Shown in pieces: positions 47,901-60,663 of a stretch of 64,000 nt of DNA. A program made the translations under genes and the position numbers. Source of the DNA: Bilabrum cf. latius (taxonomy: Eukaryota); the NCBI GenBank assembly GCA_965178125.1, contig OZ237742.1:186001-250000 (forward strand), given 5' to 3'. Under the pieces are notes generated by a model that did no database searches, was not told the DNA's origin, and saw only the letters and a list, made by a program, of their open reading frames with translations. How positions within the stretch are numbered: position 1 is the first letter of the stretch; the number at the start of each line of letters is the position of its first letter.

Positions 47901-49591
47901 GGCGCCTTGTGGAGGCGCTGGTTGCAGCGCTGCAGTCGAGGAGCGCGGCGGTGCGTGACCTCGCCGCCGGCTGCCTGAGCGAGGCCCTGGATCTGTCCGA
48001 GACCGAGGGCGACGACGTGGAGCTGTCCAAGCTCATGCGGGGCGTGGATCTTCTCAAAGCGGCGAGCCTCGCGGGCAAGGCCCCTGCCAGCATGCGCGGG
48101 CACGAGGCCGTCGGCCCGATGGGTGGGGCTCGGCATGAGGGCGCCGAGGGCGAGTCGCCTTTTTTGGGCAGGAACGCGATGCCCAGGAGCGTGCGGGCGG
48201 CGGGGCTCAGCGTCGCAAAGCTGGGCAGGGTAGCAGAGGGCGTGGCGCAGGTAACGCTCGGCGTACCGAGGCTGCCTTCGCTTCGGCGTCTGGCTGAGAG
48301 AAGGCTGCAGGAGCTGCTGATGAGCTCGGGGGATGGCACTGCCGGGATGAGCGGCACAGGGGAGGTGACCGATGTCCGGAATCAGACACAGGGGGGTAGT
48401 GTTGCGCGTGCTGGCAGTGCGGATGCTGGCGGTGCGAATGCTACTGCTGCTAGTGCAGCCGCCGCTGCACACCGGGATACGGAGGGAAACGAAGGAGAAG
48501 AAGAAGACGCCGGTGCCATCGTGCGGGTGCGCCGGCTGCTGGGCCAGATCTCCCGGATTGGTGTGCTGCAGCAGAGGGCGGGAGGGGCGGACGAAGAGGA
48601 TCTGTGGAACGCCATCTACCTGCTTGAAGCCGCAATGACGTTCAAGGCCTACCGGCTGCAGGTGAGCTGCGTGCTGTTCCTCAAGGCCCACTCGCGCGCG
48701 CTCATTCGGAACCGGGTCTTGTCCTAGGCGCCGAAGGAGGTCGTGGATCTGCTGCGGAGGCACAACATCCCGTCCAAGGCCAGCTCGCAGTCTGTGCGCG
48801 ACTTCAGACGGGCCATGGTGCGGGCAGCGCAGGGCGAGCTGGCAGTGGGCACCTTCGTGAGGTCGGTCAAGCAGATGTGGCCCGTCGCGAGGACTCGGCC
48901 GAGGCTGGCCAAGTTCCTCTGCTCGTCGTGGAGACAGGTGCTGGATGCTGCGGGCCAGAGGCTGGCTGCCAGTGGTGCTGGCCGACAGGGCACGGGCGAT
49001 GAGCCGCAGGATGACGATGACGATGACGATGAGGATGTCGAGAGGGCGGTGCAGTCAGGCAGCGGAGCAGGAGCATCTGCCGGGGGTGCTGCTTCATCAC
49101 CACCTGCAGCAGGAGCAGCGAGAGCATCATCCCCATTCTCCTCCTCATCTCCTGCCGGTAGTGATACTGCTCCACCGCCGGTGCCTGGAGCGCTGCCTTT
49201 GGATGCGAGGCACGTCCCCCTCGGTCTACTGCAGGCCGCCATGGAAATCAGCGACCAGTGGAGGCCCGCTCCTACTACTACTAGTGCGGCAGACACTGGC
49301 AGCGGGGAGGGCGGAGCAAAAGAGGGCAGGAGACTCGCCGGTGGGATGTTGAGGCTGTCAGCAGACGACCGGATGCAGCTGCTGGCTGCCTGGGCTGCTC
49401 CGGTGGAGGAGGGTCGCGCCGGGGTGTTTCTCGATGAAATAGTCATGCGTACGCTGCTGGCAAAGCGAGTGAGGCTGCAAGAGGTGTCTCTGCAGGTACT
49501 CAAGGCGGTGCGCATGCAAGCTCCTACGGTGTTTGCGCTGCTGGACGCGAAGGGTGTGTTTGATCGGCTGTGGGGGCAGTTGCTGAAATGA
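44978..49591 (+). CDS. Large hypothetical protein, probably alpha-helical (ARM/HEAT-like segments with low-complexity inserts)
   Basis: ATG at 44978. ORFs 45011-47440, 47489-48727 and 48743-49591 are in one frame, joined by TAGs; stop TGA. Confidence 0.7.
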
Positions 49592-49884
49592 GTCTGATAC
49601 TACATGACTGGATGTGGCAAGGCCTTTGGTGTCGCAGGCAATCTCAAGAAGCACATCAAAATAATGTATCAAGAACGCACACAGGCAGTCCCTGTGGGAC
49701 GGGGCTGCGTCTAAGTCGAGACGAGAGTCTGCAACTTGGAGGGGCCCCTGTCTACCAAGGGTACGCCCGTGAGATCCGGATTCTGGATTCCGGATAGTGC
49801 CTGTGTGGTATCATGGTAGCTGAAATCGCAATTGTGCTGTGTCACTTGTGCACAGCCACGAGTACTCCACAGGCCGACTCCCAA

Positions 49885-52831
49885 TCACGCTGGATGGACC
49901 TTTCTGGTGCCCCCAACAGGGAGAACTCCGACCGACTTGGCGCGTCCCACTGTAGATGCATGGTTGTCACTATCCTCACCGGCACTTTTGGAATGATAGG
50001 CACGTGTCCTCGTGGATTGAGAGGACTGGAGCTGTCCTCCTCTCGGAGACAAGCCGCCAGCAGGTTCGCCGTCGTCCATTCTATGTGTTGTATCCATCCC
50101 CCCGGGCCCCTCCGGTAGAGCGTGCTGCTACTCATCATCGTGTCCAGTCTTTGAGCGCTACCCAGCTGCCTCTTTTGCCGCCTCTGCTGCAATGCGGCTG
50201 TTTCTGCTCCGCATCCTCACACTCTGCTGCAGCTGCTTGGCCATCTGGTCGTCCTGCACCACACGGGCGTCCGCGTACATCTCGACCTCGTGCATCCTGC
50301 GCACCGCAGGAGCCGGCCGGACCCTGCCCCTACCACGCCCTCTCCCCCCATCACGACCACGTCCTCGTCCTCGTCCGCGCCCTCTCCACCCCGGGGCATG
50401 CCTGCCACCCGAAGCGCCGATCGCCCCTTGTGTCCCCTCCTTAGCCACCCTCGCCTCTGCCACCACAGGGCCCCCGAGTGGGTACTGGTGATCCCCGCGG
50501 TACTGCCCTCCGCGGGAGCCCACGCTCGTCACGTTCCGAGAGAACTCTCCCGGCCACTTCTGCCCTGCGCCGCGGCTGTGCTGCCTCAGGAGTCGCCCCC
50601 GGAGCCTCGCCCTCTGCTTGGCCTTGAACGCCTGCTGCGCGAGGGCAAACTGCAGGGCAGTGGTGGCTCCGGGCGCGATCACAAAGGACGGGGGCTTAAC
50701 CATCATCCGGCTGCGGTGATGCGTTGCTGCGCCAGCCTAACTCCCTTGCGTCGGTCTTGCCGCCATCTCTGGGTTGGACGCGGCTCGAAACAGCGGGGCT
50801 GCGCCTTCGCCAGCCTGATCTGCTGGACCCCCCGCATCCTTGGTTCTCCCCTTTTCGCCTGCATCGCCATCGTCGCTCTCTTCTCCTTCTTCGTCCACGC
50901 TCTCGAGCCGCATGCTGCCAGTCAGCGACCGAAGGGACGCCCCTCTGGTGCGCGGCATACTGCCGGACTACCCCTCGGGAACTGGAGTGGCCCGCAGCAA
51001 GTTCCGCAGGGAGCCCATCATGCTGAATCCTGGCAGTGCTGCCATGGAGGCGGAGGCTGACCGTGGGAGGTACCTCCCTTCGCCTGTTCCTTTTGAGGAC
51101 ATGCCTCCTCCTTCTTCCCCTTGCCCCTTCGACTCGGTTGGTGCTGCTCCTGCCTTCGTGTCGGCACTTCCACTCCACTCTCGTCCTTCCTCATCGTCAT
51201 AGTAATCGTAATCGTAGTCCTCCTATTCCCCTCCCCACCCATCCCCATCCATGTCTCCCGCATCAAAGTCCGTCTCATCGAAGAGCTTCACCAGGGCCAT
51301 CCCGTGCTCCACCTCGTCTAGCCCGATCCTCTCGTCCTCCTCGGGCACGCGGATGCCACCGCAGCACCAATCCCAGCTACCGAACGATACAAGCCCGACG
51401 AGCACAGCAAACGCGGTAACCACACCGACGGTAGCCAGCTGCGCCCCGATTAGATCGAGCTTCCCCGTGCGCAGGAGACCTGCCTCAGGGCCGAGCAGCC
51501 CAGCCAGCAGCAGGCCCACCGCCCCGACGCCTCCGTGGAGCCCAGAGGCCTGCGCGGGGTCGTCAACGCCCAGATGCACGAGCATCTCGCCGAAGAAGAT
51601 CGCAGCGGGTCCTCCGATGCACCCGCACAGGAAGGCCTCCCACGCGTCAAACAGATCAGCCCCCGCTGTAATGGCCACTAGACCTCCCAGCGTGCCTCCC
51701 GCGAGATCCACCACGTCTAGGGTCGTGTTCCCTGACTTCCAGTAGCCGTACACGATGGAGGCGACCACGCCGCCACCCGCCCCGAGGGCCGTGTTCATGG
51801 CGACTTTGCCTGCGAGGGAGGAGACCCCGTTGGAGATGCCCAGCGTGGAGCCGGCGTTGAAAGCGAGCCATCCGGCCAGAAGCAGGAAAGTTCCGAATAA
51901 TACGTTTGTACTAGACGAGCGGGTGGGCCAGTAGCGCCTGTCCTTGCCGGTGCCCGTGAACACCCCGATGCGCGGGCCGAGCATCACTGTACCGACTAAT
52001 CCTTGAATCCCCCCCACCATATGCACGGCCGAGCATCCTGCAAGGTCGTGGGCTCCGAGCGAGTTGAGGAAACCGTCTTCGTGCCAGATCCACCGGGCTG
52101 CGAGAGGGTATGCGAGCCCTGTGCTCACGAAGGCGATCCAGAGGTACGCCTTGAACACCAAACGCTCGGCCACAGACCCGCTAATTATGGTCGTGCTTGT
52201 TGCCGCGAACGCGAATCCAAAAACCCACAACGGATAGTCGGCGCCCCCGAGCTTGAGAGCGAACATGTCTGCGGGATCAAACCCGATAAAGCCGGACACT
52301 GGGCCGCCCGATGCGCTCTGAAGCGTCCACCCAAAGCACAAGAAGGCTGCAGCACTGATGCCAATGTCGGCTGCGTTCTTCGATATGACATTACCAGATG
52401 AACGCATCTGCGTGTCAAAATGGGGTGTACAGTAGAAGCGCTTGGTACAAGTCAGCGAGCATCCCGCAGTGGCAGTAGAAGCTCACCGACACCAATCCTG
52501 ACTCGAGCATGGCAAATCCTGATTGCATCTGCGCGCTAATCTTGATCATACTGGGGTGCAAGTTGACGTCAGTGAATGCAGAGCGCAGCAAGTCAAGACC
52601 ACAACAAGCAACGTGCGGCCTCACACACAGAACTACAAAGGCGCATGCAAGCATCCACCCGACGTCAGAATCAATGTTTGATTGTAGGATATCCGCATGA
52701 GCTTGCTGCACCTCATCTTCGAGCTTGTGTATGTACTTCGCTACAGTGTCATTGGCGTTGAACTGGCCACCAATCAGGCCTTCGATGGTATGCAGTCGAT
52801 GGTCAAGTGCGTCAATTTGTGACTGTGACAT
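49885..52831 (-). CDS. amt: Ammonium transporter (Amt family) with a long low-complexity C-terminal tail
   Basis: 'MQSGFAMLESG', 'TTIISGSVAER', 'HDLAGCSAVHMVGG', 'LGPRIG', 'WLAFNAGST', 'LGGLVAITAG', 'VDDP...LHG', 'RVPEEDERIGLD'. Predicted introns 52529-52624 and 52408-52486. Reads through several TAGs to TGA at 49887-49885. Confidence 0.9.
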
Positions 52832-52895
52832 TTAACTTGATACAAGAGTGCAGACTTGCAGCAAACAATGCTGGCGAGTCGAGCTCGGGAGGAGC

Positions 52896-53053
52896 TCATG
52901 ATTCAATGGCACCCCTACTGACGAATACAGAGCATCCATGTACAGTGATGTTTGGGCCGATAGTGGTATACTGATCGGATCAATTCCGAGTACGAGCTGA
53001 GCGAGACCAGCGCTCTCACTTAGGGGAATTCAGAAGAAGATAAAGGAAATAAT
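52896..53053 (+). repeat. Split direct repeat A1
   Basis: Identical by eye to 59222-59379. Confidence 0.95.
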
Positions 53054-55240
53054 GCTCAGCCAGCAGAGTGCGCAATGGAAGCAAAGCAGGGCGATCGTGG
53101 CGCGAATGACCACTCGTATGGCCCCGACGGTGAGGCGGAGGGTGAACGCTGTGGGTGGTGTTTTCGATGTGTTTCAAGGTATGGCTGTTGAACACATGTC
53201 GAGCTTCTCGGAGCCTGTCGTACGCGAGGCTGTGAACATGCTAAACAAAGAAGGGGCAGATGCGCAGCGGGCTCTGTTGGGCAGCTGCGTACGCGGCCAC
53301 ACGCCGGTCGCTTCCCTGGGCGCAGCGGCTGCCGTTATGGGCGTGTTCAAACCGACCACGACGCCAGACGTGGAATCGGGCCTGCGTAGCGCTCTGGAGG
53401 CGGCAGCAGGGTTCTCAAAGGACGATCTGATGCCCGAGGACCATGTTCGTCGGCGAGCGCGGCGACGGGTGGAAACTCAGGCCAAGATGCGACGGGCAGC
53501 AATGGGGTGCCCCCACTCTGGGGAGCACCGGTGATCCCGGTACCATCCGGGGCATCAACAACAGCACCATTCACGGGGTCAAGGCCTGAACGTGTAGCCG
53601 GGGGGCCGATGGGAGCGCACTCACTGGGCCGGGGCATCATGGACGGTGGCGGGTTTGGGTGGAAACTGCCTGCCCCAAGCGGGGGGGCCGGTGCAGGGGC
53701 GACTGCTACCTCAGGCCATCCGCCGAGCGAGCTGGGCCTCTTTGATTTTGGGGGCGGATTCAGCCATGGTGGAGTGACTGCGGCCGATGCTGGGGCGGGT
53801 GGCAAACCAGCGGGAGGTCCAACGGCAAGCCGCGGTGCCAGCGCGGTGTTTGGGGCACAGGCGTCGATGGGCACCATCTCGGGCGCAACGCTGGGAAAAA
53901 GGGGGAGAGCGGAAGAGGGGGGGGAAGCACAAGCTCCCTGGGAGGCCATTGTGGCGGATTCGGAACGTCGCACCAAGGCGGCAAGGCGCGAGCAAGAGGT
54001 CGAGGGAGCATCCGCGGGAGCAGGAGAGGCGACCGCGAGTGACGCGATCGACAAGCGAATTCAACAGGCGGTTGCGGCCATGGCATCGGGTGAGCCCAAT
54101 GGTACGTTGTAGTTGCTCCGTGCCCTTGCGCTTGAGTTAAATGCCCGGCCCGAGCACTCCACCCAGGCGATTAAGTCGTCAGCCGGCGCCTGCAAGAAGT
54201 CACCATACCAGGGCCAGGTCGGAGCAGACGATGGAGACGGCGCCAAGGAAGTGCATAATTCCATTCCCACGGCGAAGGGAGTTGACTCTTTGTTCTACGA
54301 CACCGTACGGTCTTAGGAGGTGCTTCAATTTAGGGACAGTGCACGGTATTTGGCCGAACTCGGGGAGGAAGGCGAGAGAGCTAAGGACTTGGCCTCAGTG
54401 GCGCTGACGAGTGCGGACAAGGCAAAGATTTCGTTGCTTCGGATTGAACGCCCCGCGCAGATAATGTTCGCTTCTATGGCGAGTGCGGCTGGTTTTCGCC
54501 GGGAGTCAGGATCTGGCCGCAGCTTTCATGTGGCACCGGTGCTGGAGGAGGCGGGTGATTTGCTCATGCCGGACGGGATCAGGCAATTTGCGAGTAAGTG
54601 CGGGTAGCACGTGTTGTCGGGAGTGGCAGAACTGGAACAAGGCAACATTTTTCGATTACCCACGATATTGACCAGATCGGTGTGTGGGGCGCTCGAGTGG
54701 GTCGTGGCAGGGAGCACGTCGTTGCTGAAGGTGGTTATCAAACTTGCGACACTGCTGCACCAGGATAAGCATGCGGAAGCCAGGGCAGTAATGAGCAAGC
54801 TTCACGAGGCGTTGGAGATTGCAGTGCGAAGAATGTTCTTGGGCTTAGGGATGGTCCTTCATGCGGCAGCAGTCCGCACGGCAGGTTGAGGCAACGGGGA
54901 CACAGCCAATACGGGTCAGCATTTCGTGTTAGCAACTGCTCTGCGCATGATTTTGATACATAGGGTGGCACCAGTGGGGAGAATGGATACTCCTGCGGTG
55001 CTTCGACTGTGGTAGTTGCGGAGCGAGAACGAGACCCCGCTGCGGATGACGCAGACTCAGGTGGGGCCCACGTGGGAATTACTGGGACTGAATCCGGCAG
55101 GCAACCATAGCGCTATGGCGTGGGAGGATGTGACAGCCGCGATAGACAAGTCAGCATTGGAGCGAGCAAAGCGGGTGGCAAAGGAGCATGGGGCCGCAGC
55201 TGGAGGAGCGGGGGCAGCGGCAAAACGGTAGTCAGCGAAG

Positions 55241-55271
<31 letters not shown>

Positions 55272-55400
55272 CGAGTGCGGGTGGACAAGAGTCGCAGCAG
55301 GAGTCAGAGCGCCACAAAGGGACGACATCGGGGCCCAAAACGTAGGCGGAGCACCGTACCTCCCCAAGACGAAGTGGCCGACTAGCGGGGAATGGGTGAC
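53052..55400 (+). pseudogene. ORF1 (gag-like position) of the Ngaro element, apparently disrupted
   Basis: ATG at 53052 at the end of A1. There is an apparent frame change near 53440-53510 and an in-frame TGA at 54887-54889, after which the same frame continues. Identity is inferred from position only. Confidence 0.55.
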
Positions 55401-57791
55401 GCGGCCCGAGCCAGGGGAAGGGCTGCAGTAGTGTAGGCATGTGCACTATCTTCGGAAGCAGCGCAAAAAATCCTGGCTCAGCAGAAGACTCCGACCCTAC
55501 AGCGTGGTGAGCCGAGCCTGCGGACACTGGATGGGCGGTGCATTGTGACGGACATCATGGAACACGCGGACGAATTGTTGGACTAGGTTGCATCTGCAGG
55601 CCCCTCGAGACGATGGCACGAGGTGCAGATGGAAGCAGCCGGCTATTCTGTGGACAATGACGGTGATGCGGGAGCGGGGATGACTGGGGATGCGCCGTCA
55701 GCATTGGGTGCGGACGGGATGTGGTAGGCTTGGGCACGATGCCTGGCAAAGCGGGACAAGATTGACTTGCGGTCATTCCCACCGGGCTAGGCACCATCAT
55801 CTGCTTTGGACGTCTGGTATGGAACGTTGTCACACTGGGAGCGTAGGGGCGAACTGCAGCAGGGGGAGCGATGGGCAGCGCGCTAGCCGTGTACGCTGTC
55901 ACCTCGTGGAGCATGGCAGGCACATTTGGCTCGTTGTCGACGCTGCGGGGCGCGGGGCGCAGTGGAGCCCGATTGTGTAGCGGGCCGGGGGTTTGTTGGA
56001 CTGGCACGACATGGGCTTCGGGCGGAGGCAGTCTTGAAGGTGTTGGGGGCGCAGCCGGTACGGGCTGACCCGAAGGACTTGCCGGCGGACGAGGAGGATG
56101 TAGTCCCGTTCGTGGAAGCAGCAGCGAGTGCAGGCAAGATTCGACCGGTGGAGGGCGCCGCGGTCTAGGTGACGCCTATGTTCGTTGCCAAGAGGACCGC
56201 AATCGAGGTACAGCAGCGGGAGGGTCAGACACCACGCTTGGTGCAGCGGGAGGACACGACTGGCAAGCAGCGCCTAGTCACGGATATGAAGCGCTCGGGC
56301 GCGAACGAGGCATTTCTTGACTTGCGTTTCCGGTATGGTGATTTTGCTCGGCATTTAGCAGAGCGCGTGGGACGTGACAGGCACGAATGGGGGGCAGCCT
56401 TCGATTTCAAGGCGGCATATCATAGTATAGCGCTGGCACCGGGGCTGCAGCGATGGATGGCAGTTCGCGGAGTGGGTGGCAGCATGTTTTAGTTTGTGGT
56501 CTTGTCGTTTGGTTGCAGAATGGGCTGTTTTGTCGCATCAGTAGTGTTGGCAGAGTGTCTAGCGGGGGTGCGACTGCGCACCGCACATTGGGCTTTTGGG
56601 TACATTGATGATGGCTTTCTGTCAGCACGTACGGAGGCCCGCACTATGTAGTTGTTGTGGTGTGCCGTGCTTGTAGCGCGGGGGATTGGCATGAGGATAT
56701 AGCCTAGCAAACTTACCTTTCCAACATAGGTGATTGAGTTCCTTGGGCTAAAGATTACCCTGGGAGCCCACTTGAAGGTGACACTGCGCTCGGATCGATG
56801 GCCACGGATCCACGCAGTGCTGAGGACCGTTGAGCGAATGCGAGCTTTCAACATGCTAGCAACGAGTGCGCTGGCGGTCAAGGCTGTGGAGAAACTGGCA
56901 GGACAGTTGGGCGCGGCTGCGGCAGTAATCCCCCACGCTTCGCAGCACGTGTTTGCGATATACTAGGCGGCTGCAAAGGCTCGCAAAGGTGGTAGGCACA
57001 TCTGGACGGCAGAGTTCAACGAGGAATTTGAGTGGTGGCTGACATGTAGGGACCGCGGTATCTTGACAGCGGCAGCAGCTGCACCGATATACCCGTTGCC
57101 GGAGGGGAGAGCATCCGTGTTTTGTGCTGACGCGTCAGCCCATGGACTGGGTGCAATGTGGCGCCGAGGCAATGGTGATTCTGGCTTGATGCAAATGGGT
57201 TTCCACGAGGACATGCAGTTACTATCCAGTACGGCACGCGAACTAGCATCACTACGAGCTTTTTTGTCAGGACCAGGCTAGTTGGCGAGGAGCCAGACTT
57301 GCCCAGAGGCGCTCTTCGTGCTGTCAGACAATCAAGCCCTGCCAAATTTGCTGCGGAAGGGCGGCTCGATGAAGGCTGGGTAGCGAGATGAGCTGCGAGA
57401 GATTGGAAGGCTGGCTGAGAACTTGGGATACGTTATCTTCCCCGTGTGGTAGCGGCGAAGTACACCGATCATGGTGGCATGCGATAGATTGAGCAGGGTG
57501 GAGGACGGTGCTGGTCAACTGGTGTAGACGGCGGGGCAGCGCGTGGGCAAAACGGGGTTTGTCTCGGCGGCAAGGGCGACATCTGACTCAACTTTTCATG
57601 CACCATTTCATCTTCGCAGGACCATTTGGGGAGCTGATCCCAGTGACTGGACGAGCAGGCTCAAGTGCTGCGGCACAACGGCGAGCAGCGGTGGCGGCGA
57701 CTAGGACCCTGATGCTGTAGGAGAGTCAGCAGCTCGGCAAGGGAGCTCTGGACGCGCGCAGGCGGAATCTGACCATGCAGGCGGAACTTGA
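55188..57791 (+). CDS. Ngaro/DIRS reverse transcriptase-RNase H ORF (TAG=Gln)
   Basis: 'PMFVAKR...GKQRLVTDMK', 'FDFKAAYHSI', 'F(TAG)FVVLSFG', 'GYIDDG', 'IEFLGL'; RNase H 'ADASAHGLG', 'STARELAS', 'LSDNQ', 'CDRLSR'. Stop TGA 57789-57791; start uncertain. Confidence 0.88.
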
Positions 57792-58836
57792 GGTCGTGGA
57801 TCCGGTGGAGGCCATGTGGGCTTTGCTGACGGAGTAGTGCGCCGCCGGGTTGAAGTATGCCACAGTGTTGCGATTGTTCCAAGCGCAAACGGCGTGGTTC
57901 AGGTCAGCGGAGTTCCCGCGTACCCCACTCGCAGACGTGGAGTACAGGCAGGTCAAACTGGCCCTGCTCGGCTACAAGCGTAGATGTGCCGGGGCGACGG
58001 ATCCGGACGCGGTACGTGCCCTACGTGTCCTGGTGGACAACCCTGTAACGTTGCGAGCACTAGTGATGATGGCCTGGTAGCTGCAGGCAGAGTGGGATTC
58101 GATGTGGCAAGGCCCAGCTGCGCTGGCCCGTGCGGACTACAACTCAACACCAGCGGTTCTCGATACATTTATGTGCTGCTATGTGGGGACATTCTGTGGC
58201 TTGGCCCGGTGGCCAGATCTGGTGCATCTGGCAATAGGGGAGATAGAGTGGACTGCAGCGTCTGATGACAACGAGGTTGTTCCCGTGGCACTGATTGGGT
58301 GGCAGCGGTACAAGTCGCGGGTGCTCGGCGGCAACCCCGAGCAGCGCCCGCCAGCGGTCATTCCATGCTTGCCGGATGGATTCGAGGAGTTGTGCCCGTA
58401 TCGGTGGCTGAAGTGGTGGGTATCAGTTCGGTAGCCAACACAAGGGCAGCGCGGGGAAGTATTCGCCTCTCGAACACGGGCTGCGCACAGTGCCACGCTG
58501 CAGTGGATAACAGCGCAAGGGATTCCTGTGCACCGCAAGGGGGAGGGTGTGTACGCCTTCAAGAGTGCGGGAGTGTCAGCATTGCGCCAGACGGACCCAA
58601 CCAAGGACGAGAAGTACGTGCACGGCCAGGCTGGGTGGTCTCTGCCCAACATGCCAGCGGTGTATGATCGTTACTCATTGATGGAAGCGGCAAGGGTTAC
58701 GAGGAGTGGGATTCTTCGGGCTATGGTGGGAGCTGGCTCCATCCCAGAACTTCTGAAGATTTGGGAATCCCAACGCAGGGAGCTTTACCGGAGCCCAGTG
58801 AGCAGTGGTGGGGGTGAACGGGATTCAGGGCTCTAA
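57598..58836 (+). CDS. Tyrosine recombinase of the Ngaro element (TAG=Gln)
   Basis: 'GTFCGLARWPDL' (Arg-I), 'RYKSR' (Lys), 'LCPYRWL', 'GVYAFKSAG', 'AGWS...MPAVYDR' (catalytic Tyr). Overlaps the RT ORF; stop TAA 58834-58836. Confidence 0.8.
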
Positions 58837-58844
58837 CTGGGCCA

Positions 58845-59224
58845 GTGGGTGTTCCTTGCGGCGTTCGATGGGCGAACAGCCAAAAGGGGGGCCCAGTGTA
58901 GATCCCGTGGCCAGTGGCAGGTAGTCCCCATAGCGGCTTGAAAGGTCCGTGCCGCCTGCCCAGTGCCCGGGGAAGCACCAGCCAAAACCAAAGCGCCACG
59001 GAAGGAGGAGATTACGAGGAGCAGGTACTAGGTACGAGAGTGGAAGCTGAGGGCAGGACAAAGCGGCCAGCCGGGCCTAGGCGGCACGGAGACGGCCGTG
59101 CTAGCGACAGACGAGTGGGCGACGGTGGGTAGCGGCGCACGAGTGGCGCGTGGCGGGAGAGGGAGAGTGCTGGGGGAGCGAAGCATTGAGCGGTTGATCG
59201 ACAGATCCACATTACCAACCATCA
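58845..59224 (+). repeat. Split direct repeat B1
   Basis: Identical by eye to 60664-61043. Confidence 0.95.
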
Positions 59225-59379
59225 TGATTCAATGGCACCCCTACTGACGAATACAGAGCATCCATGTACAGTGATGTTTGGGCCGATAGTGGTATACTGA
59301 TCGGATCAATTCCGAGTACGAGCTGAGCGAGACCAGCGCTCTCACTTAGGGGAATTCAGAAGAAGATAAAGGAAATAAT
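59222..59379 (+). repeat. Split direct repeat A2 (abuts B1, sharing TCA)
   Basis: Copy of 52896-53053. Confidence 0.95.
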
Positions 59380-60663
59380 TTTTACTTTTTATGGAATTGT
59401 TTCTTGTCTTGTTGGCCCCATTTCCTTCGGATATGGATGGGGCGGCATCGCGGCGGAGGCCGGGAGGTGAGGGGGGACCAGTAGTTGGCGGACAACAGAG
59501 GGGCCTACAGCTGAAGGGAGGGGTGCCAGGCGGATAAGGTTTACTCAGCGAGACAGGGCGTCTTAGGGGCGGGTAAGTGTGTGTGTGTCACTGCTGCCAG
59601 GTAGTGTGTGTAATATTCTCTTGGGAGGGGGGCGGAGGCAGACCGCTCCTCCTCCCTCCGCACTCAGTACCAGCATGAACCAGCCCTCTTTTCTGTTCAT
59701 GTGGACCCCCTGACAACGGGGGGACCACGTGGCACCCACGCAGGATGGCGACGCAGATTCGGAGGGTACCAACACTCATACCTAGCTACCAACATTTAAG
59801 CGTTGCGGAGGGCAACGGAACGGGGCCAGGGAAGCTGCGTGCGTCTAGCCATCTAGAACACGTGGATGAACTGGTGGTGGCCTTTGCCACCATCCCATTT
59901 CACCAACCAGATGAGGCTCCGTGGTCGCATCTGGTGCCGATGGCCACTGTTAGCAGGACCGTTGGTGGGTGGCTTGGGGGGCCAGGGACTTGGCTGAGTC
60001 AAGTAGGCGTGGGAGTAGGGGTGGGTGCGGTCAGTATGAGGTCCGTGCCTCATGTTGATCGCTGTAAATCCGGCTATAGGTCGGAAGCAACCCACCCTCC
60101 CGGTTGCAACAGTGGGGACGGGTGTGAGGTGGCCACGCGTGAGATGGTCATGAGACTGGGAGCAGAGGTGTGGTCCGTGCCGTAAAATCCCCCATGTGGA
60201 GCACCTCTGTTTTTCTGGAAGCACAAAGAACCGCGTTGCGGGCCCAGGAAACTTCTGTCCTTTGGATGGCTCCGTGGCCGAAGGGGGACAGAGTGACCTG
60301 CACAGCCGAGAGGAGAGCCTGAATCTCGGATCGACCCTGGGACAGTCGCACCGGCGACACCCACCGAGAGAGCGAGGCGAGATCCTGCACAGCGTACGCT
60401 GCAGTGGAGGACCACTGTGGTGCTGCAAGAGGCACGGCAACGTGCGGACAGCAGCCGGACCCCGTATCCTCACAGAGGGTAAGGCAATGGGAGCCTGAAT
60501 AGGAGCGGACCGGGTGACGACTGTGCTGGGGCTGCGGTGAGCATACAGGACCGTGTCGAGCGTGGTGGGCTGGGCGGGATGTGCGAGCGGTGATGCCCTA
60601 ACTCGATCGAGTTCAAGATTTTTTCTTCTTTTTGCGTGGTGGCGTCCCCTAGGTCGGGGCGGC

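Noticed and set aside
4082-49591. Many long antisense and alternate-frame ORFs in the ORF track
   Set aside because: They are shadows of GC-rich coding sequence and have no domain motifs.
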